Positions 1 to 12,964 of a DNA stretch of 64,000 bases are shown in pieces. This DNA is from Podarcis tiliguerta (taxonomy: Eukaryota). The stretch lies in NCBI GenBank assembly GCA_965153285.1, contig OZ229113.1; one strand, given 5' to 3'. Every line of letters starts with the position of its first letter. The first letter of the stretch is position 1. The position numbers were made by a program, and so were the translations under genes. The notes under the pieces were generated by a model. It made no database searches. It had not been told where the DNA came from and saw only the letters and a list, made by a program, of their open reading frames with translations.

Positions 1-76
1 GCGAGATGAGCGCCGCAACCCCAGAGCCGGTCACGACTGGACCTAATGGTCAGGGGTCCCTTTACCTTTACCTTTT
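1..76 (+). mobile_element. Sauria SINE 3' end, cut by the window edge
   Basis: Near-identical to 48738-48808; (ACCTTT)n tail. Confidence 0.9.
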
Positions 77-299
77 TGCCCTACAGTTATTAAGTAATGC
101 TGGTGTTGGGAGAGGCTCATGCTGCAGTTTTGTAATACTTCCGAGTACATGTGCATTGGATTGAACACTTTACATCTTTAGATGAATTCCTTGCACTGCC
201 TTGTCTATGTTTTACTGGCAAGTAGGCCTTCCACGGAACTTTCAGATATAAGCGGGCCAATAATTGCTGTTACAGATATTTAGCCCTGATGCATATATA

Positions 300-723
300 C
301 AGGCAGCCCTCCCCCACTTAAGTGGGGGTTACGTTCCAGGCCCCCACGCGCAAAAGGGAAAATCGCGTAAATGGGGAGCACCCTCTGAAAAGACTATAAG
401 CGCCAGTTTTTTCCTACCATACAGCTCTCTCCAATCCAATCCTCTGGGGGGAGGCTGGAGGACGTGCAAAAAAGTGGCTGTGGGTGTTGTTGCGCTACCC
501 ATGCATCAGCTGTTAGGCAGGGAGGCTGAGCAGCCTAAATAAAGCCCCGCTGTGCCTCGGATCTCTTCGGGGCTGCCTCCAACCTCACTGACGTCCCCTT
601 TGGACGTCCTCATGAGCCAAGAGGGCTCTCCAGCTCTTTCCTGGTACTACTCTATTTATTTCCCAGTGCCGTGCGTATAAGCAGTTGCATGCGTGTGATC
701 CTGCATAAGTGTGGGGATGCCTG
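300..723. mobile_element. Tc1/mariner-type non-autonomous DNA transposon
   Basis: TA|CAGGCAGCCC...CCCCACTTA ... TAAGTGTGGGGATGCCTG|TA: imperfect TIRs with TA TSD. Confidence 0.7.
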
Positions 724-3700
724 TATTTCAACTCACGAGACTGCTTGAAAAAGTGGCTTATTTGTATCCCTTTGTGTTCTTTGCCTTCAGTATAATTTTA
801 TTTAGTGTGAGACCTTCCCAGTAGTCAGGAATGATTTAATTTTGACTTTTAAAGCACTTCTTAGAGTGTTAAAGAGGAAAAATGAAATATTTCTTCTGTA
901 CAGTTAGTGGGTTACTGTGACACAGAACCTGGTTATGGAGTGAGTAAAAAATGGTGATGTAATGGAAGAGCATGCAGCTCTGGTACTCTTCTCAGAACAG
1001 GAATAATGATGTCATCTGCTGGAGTGCCAGGGTCATTAAGGGGCGTTCCTTTCTTTGGCAAGTGAAGGAGATTGTAATGGGTCTAGGAATTTTGTGACAT
1101 TTGTCTGGAGGTAGTTCGAGAATGAGGGAAATAATCATAGGCTGCTTACTACTTTCTTTTTCTTTGATAGGATTCATGCTTCACACCAGTAACTTAAATG
1201 GCAATGCTTCTTTGCAAGATAATCTTCATTTCTAATTAAAAATTAAAGGTTGCATTTCAGCTAGTGGAATATCTTACGTTAAAGTTAAATGGTTTAACAT
1301 GTTGACTCTATGCAGTTAGAAAGAAGCATTGCTGAGTTACATAGTTTACTTTGGTTCCCAGGAAACTAGGTGTGTAATATAATAATGTAGTGGTCAGTGA
1401 TTGCCTGGGGTGTGTAACATTGAATTAAAAATTCAAGCATCTAGCATGGTGCATTACAGTTGCTTAAATTGGCAGAAAACCTTTAAGTGGTCCTCCAAGA
1501 CCCTCACCAATTTTCAAGAAGCCTATGTGGGAGTGGAATTTGGGAACCAGTTTAATAACAGCACAACACAGCTGCCTGTGCCCTTTGGACTCTCCTTGGG
1601 AGTGCGACTGTGGGGATAGCCATAATAAGGTCCTGAACTTCAAAATTTCCCCCCACTCTGCTTTCTGAGATAGATGTTCTAGTGGTGAATGCATAGTTGT
1701 CTGAGAGACAGAGGAGGATATGAAAAGAAGCAGAAAAGAAGGTGTGTGCATGTGCATGTACATACATTATTGTAAAAAAAATTGAATTGAATTCCATCTT
1801 ACATTTGTCCCAAGACTGAAATAGCTCAAGACCGCTGGCTTAAGGCCAGTTGGTGTGGGCTTTTGACTACCAAAATATGAGAATTCTCAGCATTTGGAGG
1901 TTTACTAGCTGTCTTTTAGATAAATTCATTTTCCAGGTTACTTGTTGTATAGGTTGATCTTGTTTAATATATAGCACTTACCACTCTTGCTCATTTAACA
2001 TTGCCATATGTTACCTATGTTTGAATGGTAAGGACACATAGAGGACTTGCTCAGTGGCTGCCCACAATGATGGAACTGTTTCCCTGGCATTTCACCAAAG
2101 CCAATGTATGTAGATTTTTTTAAACAGCAGAATATATTTTCTAGGGGGCTGGAACTAAGCCAATAGGAAGCTACTTAAAATTACTGCCTATTTTGTTTTA
2201 TGTGTTCAGTTGCCTATCCGTATAAGCATATTAGTTGTCTTGTGCTTTTAGGATTGGGTGACATACACAATCATTTAGCATTTAGGAGAAAATGCTTCCC
2301 CATTGTTTGTCTTTTTTCAAAAGGCTATAACTGATATATGCCTTATGCTGTTGAAGTGATTTTAATTTAAGGCATCTAAAAGCAATAATTGTCAACTGTC
2401 CTCTAACACAGGCTCTGGTTATTTGTAAAATAAGATATACTGTATTGAAGAGCTTTGTTTTCACAGTCATATTGGTGGGGCAAAGAACATAAGATGCAGC
2501 ATTCTTGCTCAATGTAGTGAGTTAGCACAGTGCTGAGGAACACAAATAATGCTCTTGATACAAACATATGGTTGAGGTTTCTAGCAGAAATAGGTCAGCC
2601 GTAAGCTCCACATAACCAACACTGCCCCTGCTAAACTAAAAACAATTTCCTCTAGTTATATATGCCCTCCTATTTATTAATGCAGATTTTGAGCGTAGAT
2701 TGCAAGTAACAAGATTTTGTTAATTTTTTTCGTGCTCTACTTGAAAACTGATGTGCTGAAAATGTTAAGTTGTTGTTAAAAAACCCCTGAAATTGTGTCT
2801 GGTGCACTTTCGCTAGATTTCACAGCTCTACCCATTCAGGTTTTTTAAAAAAAGTGTGATGTAACCTTTCTACAGAACTGAACATTAATTTTTTTTCAAT
2901 CTAGACGGTTACGGACTTCACTTACGCTAAAAGTGATGGAGCCAACAATTTCATTAACTAAAGATTCAAGTAGGGCTTCTTAATAAGAACATAACATCTG
3001 TTGTTTAATCCCTCTTTGGGCCTGTTAGGTTGTTCTGCCATCTTTGTCATGAGATTAGGAGTAGGTTATGGGTTCAAATGGTCCTCACCATAACTCCTCC
3101 CCCACATCCAGAAACTGGTATCTCAACTGGCAGAGCCTATGGGTATTTTAACACATGTTCTCCTTACCCAGGATAATGAATCGTGGTGATGAGTGAGACT
3201 GGGATAACACCTGAACAGGCTCTTTGTTTCCTTCTCCTGCTGTTGCCTTTTGCTGTACTATTCCAAAACAAGCTCCATTGTCTCATTTGTCTCCCTTTCT
3301 TTCTTTAAAACCTACTTCTTCAACAGCACTTCAGCAGGTACCTTCAGTAGCAGGTATTTCCTGAACATTATCTCTTCCGTACATCCTGCCGTTAGCTCTT
3401 TCTCACTTTCATTTGCTGTGCTTAGTAGTTAAAATTAACATTTCTACTTTTTCAATATGTGGTGAAAAGTGCATTTCTACTTGAGACCCTTAAACACATT
3501 TCTGACCCTTTACTTAATTTCATCTGTACCACCAGTCACATGGTGCATGGTTTTCCTTGTTTCGCTTATTCATTTCTATTTGTCCCTGCGGCATAGGGAC
3601 AAGCAGCCCTGGAGGCTTTAGGTTTGCACATGTGTTCCCTTCCTTCACCTGGTTAAAGCAATATTGATGCTGAGGGGTGTGTGTGTGTGAAAGAGGCATA

Positions 3701-4120
3701 TGTTCAGGCTGCACATTTTGCTAAACAAAACGCAGCACAGTGTTACCTGTGCATATAACTATTGTTGTGGTAGGACATTTGTCATTCGTATCCTGCCCAG
3801 CACAGCTGCTTTTCACTCCCAAGTTGGTGAGAAATAGCAAAGTAGTCATCCTTATTTAGTGACCTACCACAGCAGCTTCTTCCTGTTTCACAGAAGTGTG
3901 TGTGTGTGTATTTAGGCAGGCAGAAGTAAAAACATTACATTACACATATAAAAGATCACATAGAGATCATTACAAAAAAAAAAAAAAGCTTCACAGCACT
4001 ATTAGGGTCACTTTTTTAAGGGCTGATTCTGAGAAGTAAAACCTTTTTGCGTCTTACGTTCCTGGGGTCAGGGAAGGGTCTGCAAAGCTGATAGTTTTAA
4101 ATGATTATTCTTTTTCTTAG

Positions 4121-4242
4121 TTGCAGGCATGGATGGAGGTGCCCTGGCTGAAGCTAGTCTTACAGACTCCTACTTCAGCACCAGCTTCATCGGAGTTAAT
4201 GGGTTTGGAAGTCCTGCTGAAGCAAAGTATCCTATGATGCAG
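4121..4242 (+). CDS. PAN3: PAN3 coding exon 2 (xAGMDGGALAEASLTDSYFSTSFIGVNGFGSPAEAKYPMMQ)
   Basis: ttcttag|TTGCAGGCATG...ATGCAG|gtaata; 122 nt; translation matches vertebrate PAN3 MDGGAL..SLTDSYFSTSFIGVNGFGSP. Confidence 0.96.
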
Positions 4243-5476
4243 GTAATATTTCATTTGGTAAGCAGCTAGGTTAAAATGTACCAAGGATTAAAAATATTTC
4301 TGCAGCAAAAAAGTTTACTTCTAGCAGTTTTCTGCTAATTTTAGATTTCTCTGGATTGCTGTATTTTATTACTTCACAGGGAGCAGCAGTAAATCAACTC
4401 TTCCAACCAATCTAGGAATCAACACTGTGTTTCTAGGAGCCCAATGCAGATGTTGAATTCACAGAATATCTCCCCTCCTATCCCTTACTGCATGTAAGAG
4501 GCAATGGCTCCAACAGGAGATCCTATGTGAGTTTCATCATGGAATCTCCTTCATTTAGGAAATGGGAGAAGTACAGTGCCCAATGAGGGAATTCTCAAGC
4601 CAGATACTGGTTTATGATCACTCTATATGCAGAGGGTTAGGAAAGGAGACATAGTAATTGAAAAAGGCCTTGGTAGGTTGGTTACTTTTGTGGCCTTTTT
4701 TATTTGTTTCCCAGAGTGCAAATGATGATGCACCACCTGTATACACACACTTTCCATCTGGTTCAGTCTGGGCTTTTTTTCTGCCCTTAAGCAGATCTGC
4801 AAAAGTGCTAGTTCTCTTACTTAGGAGTACTTCCCTCCCACAAAGAAATTGTCTTGTTGTCTGGTGGTACATAGGGATAATAAGTGCTGGACATTTGACA
4901 GCCTGCTGTGTAGTGGTTAGAGATAACTTTCTGTAAGAATTTTTTGTGTAATCATGTAGGCACCATCTGGTTTGAGTCCTTACAGCTTTGGATAGTTTTG
5001 TTTTGTTTTTTGAAGGGAGTTGGCACTTATCTTGGCTCACACTGCTTCTGGCTATACCCATCCATTCTAACATATTGCAAACATTGGAGAGGCAGCAAGA
5101 GGTGGAGTGCAAGGGTTTATCCAGATCAACAGTTTTAAATATCAATTTGCTACTTGTATGTGGTAGGGGAAGGCACAGTTCATTTTTCATCTCAGAATCT
5201 ATCAGTATTCACATTCTTGCTTTTATATGTGTGTGAGCATGTGCATAATCTTGTAAGGAATTAAACAGTGGGGGGCTTGGGTGTGTTTGGTCTGGACTAA
5301 AGCCTTTGTTGTCTCATTTTCTGTAAATTTTCCTTTTCCTGTATATAACACACAGACACCCCACACACTCCAACTAAGCATTTATGGCATTGCATCCATC
5401 CTTCAAGCAGCTTGTTAACCTTATTTATTTTTTAATAAAAAATATTAAACCTGGCATTTAGTTCTCCCTGTTCCTA

Positions 5477-6070
5477 TCATAGAATTCTAAAGGGACCCTG
5501 AGGATCATCTAGTCCGTCCCACAGTAATGCAGGCATCTCAACTAAAGCATCCAGGACAGATGGCCATCCAACCTCTGCTTAAAAACCTCTAAGGAAGGAG
5601 AGTCTACAAGCTCCCAAGGGAGTCCCTTCCACTGTTGAACAGCTCTTACTGTCTGAAAGTTCTTCCTGACGTTTAGTCGGAATCTCCTTTCTTGTAACTT
5701 GAATCCATTGGTTCAGATCCTATCCTCCAGAGCAGGAAAAAAGAAGTTTACTCCATCATCTATATGACCTTTATATTTGAAGATAGCTATCATATCTCCT
5801 CTGTCTCCTCTTTTCCAGGCTAAACATACCCAGCCCCCTCAAACATTCTTCATATAAGGCTTGGATTCCAGACCCTTGATCATCATGATTGCCCTCCTCT
5901 TCACCCTTTCCTGCTTGTCAATATTCTTTTTAAATTGAGGTGCCCAGAATTGGATGCAGTATTCCAGGTGTGGTCTAATCAAGGCAGAATAGATTGGTAC
6001 TATTACTTCCCTTGACTTGGACACTATACTTCTGTTGATGCAGCCTAGAATAGCATTAGTTTTCCATCCA
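5477..6070 (-). mobile_element. CR1 LINE 3' fragment
   Basis: ORF 5839..6075 reads NAILGCINRSIVSKSREVIVPIYSALIRPHLEYCIQFWAPQFKK, the CR1 ORF2 C-terminus; CR1-type 3' tail. Confidence 0.92.
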
Positions 6071-7146
6071 CGCAAATAAGATCATGTGGGTTTGAAGGTG
6101 CACTTGTGCATTTCCAGTGTTTATCCCAGAAAATTTGTCAAAAAACAAACACACCCCGCAAAAGCCTTCAGTTCCAGGGACAGGGTGCACATGTGTACAG
6201 GAAATGTGGAAAGACTTGTTGAAGGACAGTGACAGATAAAAATGAAATGAAAAGTTGTGACTGCCAGTGCAAACATATCCTAATGAAGAGGTCATGAAAT
6301 CCTCTGAAAGGAGAGGTAAATACAGTTGCATTGAGGATTTAGAATAGGGAGTCAGTTCATAAAAAGTACACAGAAGGATAGACTGCATCAAGTAAAAACA
6401 CCATTTTTGGAGTTTGATGTTACAAAACTGGTACCACACTACATCCTGAGGCTAGGCTAAATCATCTTGGATCATCCATTTAACTAAAGCCATGTTTCTT
6501 CCTCCCATCACATCACTGGTTCCCTCTGCTAATATAAGGAGAAATGTAGGTTGTTAAGTTGCTGACACAAAGATTCCCAATATGACTTTGGTTTATCCAG
6601 ATAGCTTTTTGCCTTGTTATTCAGACAGATTTGTCCTTTAGCAGCAGAGACTCGCAGCATTTTAACAGACCTGTGATAAAGTCTCTAGGGTGTACTATGT
6701 CACTAGCTCTGACGTTGGTTCATAGATCTACCCAGTAACATCAGTGAGGTTGCAGATTCACCATTGGTCTGATTTCTGAGACAAATTTATGCTGATTGGC
6801 TAATTACTTCATGCTTTCTTGCTTGTTGCTACTTGGTGGATCTGCTTTGCCATTAAGGTCGCATCAGGGCAAATGTTTTGTGTTTTGTGTAATTTTGTTC
6901 TTAATTTCATGTTTCTGTGCAGACTGAATTTTCAGAATTTTGTTCTCTAAAATATTTGTTCACTCTCTACCTAGATTGTTTGCCCTGTATGGTTAAATAC
7001 AGCGAGGGCTAGAAATCTGATATCACAGCTTACTGTGTTTGAATAGAAAGATAATATAAAGTAGGTGATTGTCAATTCAGTACTAATGTCAGTAATTTCG
7101 TTAGTTGAATTGGCATAAGCAATCTGTAGTGTGTAGCAGTAATTTT

Positions 7147-8603
7147 TTTTAAAAAATAATTTTTATTAACTGGCCAATCAAATCAAATTAAATCACATCA
7201 TATAAATTCCGAATTACAAAGCCGAATTTTAAATTTTGTTGGGGGGACCCATATTTCAAGATCTGAAGGGGGATTCTGATCATCTACTTAAAGGTAAAGG
7301 TACCCCTGCCCGTATGGGCCAGTCTTGACAGACTCTAGGGTTGTGCGCCCATCTCACTCAAAGAGGCCGGGGGCCAGCGCTGTCCGAAGACACTTCCGGG
7401 TCACGTGGCCAGCGTGACAAGCTGCATCTGGCAAGCCAGCGCAGCACACGGAACGCCGTTTACCTTCCCGCTAGTAAGCGGTCCCTATTTATCTACTTGC
7501 ACCCGAGAGTGCTTTTGAACTGCTAGGTTGGCAGGCGCTGGGACCGAACAACGGGAGCGCACTCCGCCGCGGGGATTCGAACCGCCGACCTTTCGATCGG
7601 CAAGTCCTAGGCGCTGAGGCTTTAACCCACAGCGCCACCCGCGTCCCATGATCATCTACTTGCTACTGCGTTAATGTCCAAATCAGTCCAAACAGTCTTA
7701 TCTTGCTGTTTCCACATCACATCTTGTTCATATATTTTCTCTTTTTTCTTTATGATCTCTTCTGATAGTCTCCTTAAGCCGATAAACACCAATAATATGC
7801 CTGTGTGAATTTTTCCGTTCTTCCAATCCTCAAATCGAGATGGTTTCCATATATCATCGCCTTCATAGATAACATCGCTTTTCCCATCATTAATCTCGCA
7901 AAACTGTTGCTCTTAAGTCCCTCTGAGGAGTTTCACCCACAATATAAAAACAGCTCTATTTCTCTCTTTCTCCTCCCAGACTCAAGACCTCCGACAGAAC
8001 TTCCCAATATGGCGACGGCATTTTTAACTGCGTCATTCCAAAGCTCTTATACATTCCACACTCTTCTTAAAACATGCTTTGGTTCGAAAGTTTATCTCCG
8101 CACAGCCTTAAATCCACAGCTTAAGTCCTTAAAACGACATTTCTGACTCGTGAGAGGAGGGGATTCTTGTTTAATCACAGGAAAGTTTTTCCCCCTCCCC
8201 CATCAGTCATTTGCCATACCGCGTCTTGGTGTATCTTCTCATGATTTATTCTTGTCTTGTTTTATCAGAGATCTCTTCTGTTAGCAGTCTTTACTCCCCC
8301 TCCTTCCTTGAAATATGTGCGTTCCTTCATCCAAATTGTTTCTTTTGAAGTTCTTGCAGATAGTGGCGCGGATCAGGGACGGTGTCCAGGAGCACCGGAA
8401 TCCCACAGGAGGGCTTTGTGCCTAGTGCCCCCATCCCCACAAATTCGGGGGTGGTATAGGGCACAGCAGGCAAGGCAGTCCCCCCACCATCCGGGGTGGG
8501 GGTAGGGAGGCTAATTACTCCCATCATAGCCTCCAAATTACCTCGTGTGGGTCGGAGAGATGTTATTGTCAGCCATCTTCCGATGCGCCCCCTAGTGGCC
8601 CCC
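7147..8603 (-). mobile_element. Non-autonomous polyadenylated retroposon (probably L1-mobilised) with a nested SINE
   Basis: 16-bp TSD GTGTAGCAGTAATTTT at 7131-7146 and 8604-8619; AATAAA (7162-7167) plus A-tail on -; G-rich 5' end. Confidence 0.82.
7290..7647 (-). mobile_element. Full-length Sauria SINE nested in the retroposon
   Basis: tRNA-like head (GGGACGCGGGTGGCGCTG...GGTTCGAATCC) and ACCTTT tail on -; 13-bp TSD TGATCATCTACTT at 7277-7289 and 7649-7661. Confidence 0.95.
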
Positions 8604-9789
8604 GTGTAGCAGTAATTTTAGATGATCTCAGTTGGAATGCAGGTTTTATAATGGATTTATGTGCCCATAATAACACTGACCATTTGGTGACTTATTTACG
8701 AGTGTAAGGCCACTTAATTGATAAGTAATACTGTTTTGTAGCTGAAAAGGGACTGGTGTGAGTTTTCTGTCATAGGTTACAAGATGGTGGGTAGGGGAAG
8801 AAAGACAGCAGTAGAGCCATGACCCATAGTGAGAGTGGGTCCTATTTATGTGGTAGTGGCAGGCAATGCTCCCAGGTGAGACCTTACTGTTTCTGAGAAT
8901 GAGTGGCAAAGTAAGAAGTCACCTCTTGGACTAAGGGATACAAGGCTAAGAACGCAGGGGAGAGGCCACTGTTTCCGGAGGAGCAAAATATTGGGTGTGC
9001 TATGAAAGAGTCTGCAGGTAGGATGTGCTTGGGTGTGAAATCGAGGTGTGAAATTGAAAGATACTGGGAGGGTTGGTCTTGTGTGGGTTTTGCAAGGTTT
9101 TTTTGGCTTTGTAAAGTCTAAAACAAGACATACTGTACGCCACGTTGAGACTTTTGGATAGTGCATCCCAAAGTCAGTTGACGTTTTTACAAGTGTCTAC
9201 TGTACTCCCAATATTTAAGCATTTTAGAAGTCTTAATTTTAAGTATTCTTTGCAATAATTTTATTTAGATTTGACTGCTTAATAATACTGAATAGGAGAA
9301 ATTATGACTTTTTCCTCTACCAAAGAGTGAATCCCAGAAAGATTTGCATCCTTGGAATAATTTGCTCTTTCACATGACATTTCTCATGTCTCTAATGTGG
9401 CCTGTTCCATAACATGCCTTTTTCTATGGTCACCTAATGACTGCTGATAGTGTCTGCATTTCAAATAATAATCTGATGTTATGGAATAGCAGCCTGGCCC
9501 TATTGCATAAGAAGGCACTTTCAGACTCTGAGTCTGCATGCAAGGTGGGGTGGGCAGGATAAGGAAGTATCGTACAGTAGTAGTAGTTGTAACATCATCA
9601 TCATTACTCACCCTGTACCCTAAGGTACCAGGGCAGATGTCAAAGCAGTGTTTGATATTTTGGAATGTGTGTGTAAACTTCTGCAAGAAAAGTAGTTGGT
9701 AAAACATATATTTGCTGAAACCACCCTGATTCTTTTTCACAAGGGTTGTTCTTCTCTGTGAGAAATAATTCTACTTTAATGCTTTCTGT

Positions 9790-10500
9790 TAGTTTACATA
9801 GAATCTAAGCTAACTGTCCTGAAATGTTTTGACTTCTGTCTCAGTTTTTTTAGCTGCTTTATGATGGCCATTTCCCAGATTCCCAGTAAGAAGGTTGATT
9901 TTCCTGCCTCATTGTGAACTTTTGTTAGGATATCAGCAATGTTCACACAGATGAGTCTTGAGCAGTAGGGTGTATGAACATTAGAAGAGTGAGCTGGATC
10001 AGGCCCAGCAGCCCATCTAGTCCAGCGTCCTGTTATCACAGGGGCCAAGTGGATGACTATGGAAAGTCTGAAAGCTGGACCTGAGGAGAACAACACTCTC
10101 CACTCTTGTGATTCTCAGCAACTGACATTATGCCTCCAACTGTGGAGATCGCACCTAGTCATTGGCTAGTAACTGTTGATATCCTTATGCTTCATGAATG
10201 CTGTCTGGTCATGCATTTAGTATTTGTCAGTTAGCTGTAGAACTTCACCTCTGTTTGATTCAATTCTTCAGATGTTAGCCCTGAAAAGATGCATTCAGGC
10301 ATGGGTTTCAGTCAAGCATTTTCAGCAGTGAAGGCTGATGCAAAGATAAAAGCTTCTCTGCAATCACCCTGTTCTCCCTTAGCTTCTGTTTTGTCATCTA
10401 TCAATCCAGCTAGCTCCCTGGCTGTCTTAAATGTTACAGCAAGCCTTCCAAAGTTGAGGAAGAATCGTTTGGGTCTTCCTTTATTTACATTGTCTGCAAG
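9790..10500 (-). mobile_element. Old degenerate CR1 ORF2 fragment, interrupted by a younger CR1-type 3' end (~9977-10200)
   Basis: The - frame reads RPKRFF...FASAFTAEN...SEELNQTEV and, after the insert, IADILTK...WEMA...FRTVSL, resembling the CR1 pre-RT region. Confidence 0.7.
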
Positions 10501-11549
10501 GATAATCTATATTGTAAAATATAAACTCTGTGAATTAACTAATTTTCACATGCTGGTTATTTTGAATATTTTTAGGTAATTGGGGAGGGGGAAACACATG
10601 TATATTGAAGTCCCATTGCCCACTGGAACTCTGATTCAGCTCTTCACCTGTGGATTATACCAGCCATTTTCTACATATGTCCAAGCCTTTTTGAGCCAAA
10701 GAAAGAATAACTTGCTTTTTCTTAAAAAGAGCGGCATTGCTGTATCAACATAGAATTGCAGAATAAACATAGCTCTGTTCAAGGACCAATGATTTGAGAA
10801 ATTGCTAATTGGTACTTTTCTGGCTCTGTGTTGATTGGATAAAACTGTTAAACTTAATGAGAGCTATATGTGTAGAAAGCTGTTTTAGAGAAAATAAGAC
10901 CCCTTAAATGTTGGATCTTATATTTTGCCTGTAGCATCTGAATGATAGGCATTTTTTGAGGTTTTATTGTCTTTAGCCTGAAATCTAAATAGGCCATTAT
11001 GACCTATTTGGATCCATAGCAACAGTGTGTTGCATCCTGAATCATACAAATTCAGAAGGATCAACATGGAAGTGAGCGGTGTCTGTATGGAAGTTAAGAA
11101 AAGGGTTTGTGGTTTAGTTTTTGATGCAGATTTTTTTTTTACAGTATATGCTGACTAGTGGTGAACACTCTTGTCTTTTACTCTGATAGTCCCAAATAGT
11201 TCTAACTCTCTTAAAGTCCAGATCTACTTTCATTAGGATTCTAGGCCCCATTTTTCAACTCTGTTTTGATAAGGGAGTGCCCTTGGCTCAATAGAAAGTA
11301 GCACATACCCCCAACACAATTTCAGGAGTCTCACTTGGCCTTCTGTTGAACCTGTCTTCTTTTTATCTGGGTACAAGCAACCCCTGATTTGTGCGGGGGA
11401 TGCGTTCCGATTCATCACGCACAACGGAATAGCCCGCATAAGCCTGCTTGGCCTCTTCCGCCCCCACCTCCACTTCACCCCCTTTTCCAGCCACTTCCAG
11501 GTTACTGTGATGCTTGCATGTGAGGTCACACACATATTGAACATCTGTA

Positions 11550-11791
11550 CAGTGGTACCTCGGGTTAAGAACTTAATTCGTTCCGGAGGTCCGTTCTTAA
11601 CCTGAAACTGTTCTTAACCTGAGGTACCACTTTAGCTAATGGGGCCTCCCACTGCTGCCGCACCACCACTATGTGATTTCTGTTCTCATCCTGAGGTAAA
11701 GTTCTTAACCTGAGGTACTATTTCTGGGTTAGCGGAGTCTGTAGCCTGAAGCGTCTGTAACCTGAAGCGTCTGTAACCCGGGGTACCACTG
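11550..11791. mobile_element. Tc1/mariner (Tigger-like) MITE
   Basis: TA|CAGTGGTACCTCGGGTTA...TAACCCGGGGTACCACTG|TA. Confidence 0.92.
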
Positions 11792-12310
11792 TATATCAAT
11801 TGTTGCCTGTACTTGTAATGGATTCAGGGAAGTTTAGGATACATATCTGTCTACTGATACATGGGATTTGTTTAGGCAATTTTCACTTACTCCTCCTTCT
11901 CCCTGTGACCCCTGAAAAACCTCTTCAGTAAATTAGGGGATCCTCCAGAATCGGAAGCAAGAATTAGCAAAACTTTCCCCTCCTCCAGCACGAGCTTCTC
12001 TTAGTTTAGAATCACATCTGTGGAACGAAAACCCTGGATCCAACTGGATGTTTACACAATGTTCTTGGCTAAATGAAAATCAGTGTTTACTTGGTATGAC
12101 TTTATATTAAATGTTTTAACTAGTAACTAAATGCTTCCTATAGCTTTTTATTTGGACACACCAATTTGTGGAGTCACAGAAAGCTAACACTTTGATTAGC
12201 ATTATATTTAACCATATATTTATTCATCCATTTTCAGTGTATGGGCTAAAACTGCACATGATCCCTATTGTTGTATTCACCATGCAATTTTTCTTTTTCT
12301 TTTTCTGCAG

Positions 12311-12377
12311 AGGATGACAAATAGCAGCAGTTCCCCTAGCCTTCTTAATGACAGTGCCAAGCCCTATGCAGGCCACG
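12311..12377 (+). CDS. PAN3: PAN3 exon 3 (RMTNSSSSPSLLNDSAKPYAGH)
   Basis: ttctgcag|AGGATG...CACG|gtaaga; 67 nt; phase 0 to 1. Confidence 0.96.
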
Positions 12378-12964
12378 GTAAGAAGTTGACTTTCTTAACA
12401 AAAAAATTTTAATATTTTAACAATATGTTTACGTTAATATTTAGCAATATTTATGTTAAGCTATTTTTATGGGGGCAAAGCTTTCAATCTTTAATGTGGT
12501 TGCAATATCTTTAGATTCTTATCTTGATTTTATTTAAAGTGTTTGTATCCAGCCTCTTTCAACAAGTGAGCTCAGTTTTAATTATCATTAATGCTTATAA
12601 TCACCATTTGTTTTGCTTGCTTTCCATATGTTACTCTGCAACATATGATATTAAAAAAAAGGCAAATTAAATATTTGAACAAAATTATTGGGAGCAATCT
12701 TGGGCCAGTATTCAAAGAGTTACTTGAGATAAACCTAAGGGCTTGGGCATGCACAGAGAAATTGCTGTAGTTAAGAGCATAGGCCCTACCTTCATAAATT
12801 ACATTTTAGAGCCACATAGTAAAACAGTCTGCTAACAAGCAAGACATGTTTCCTAAACAGTCATCCACTTTGGTTGAAAATGGAAAGCTATTTTGGTTCT
12901 TGTGACCATCTTTTCTAGATTCATCTCAGTTGGGGTTTAGGCCCAGCTGTATATGATGTATGGA

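Noticed and set aside
2905-2969. Possible cryptic or poison exon in PAN3 intron 1 (ctag|ACGG...TCAA|gtaggg)
   Set aside because: Weak donor, and no support without conservation or RNA data.
4618-5190. Longest tracked ORF (190 aa, - strand)
   Set aside because: No recognisable domain, splice structure or coding-like composition; chance intronic ORF.
10289-10579. 96-aa ORF near a plausible acceptor, as a possible extra PAN3 exon
   Set aside because: It is the antisense frame of a degenerate CR1 ORF2 fragment and has no good donor.
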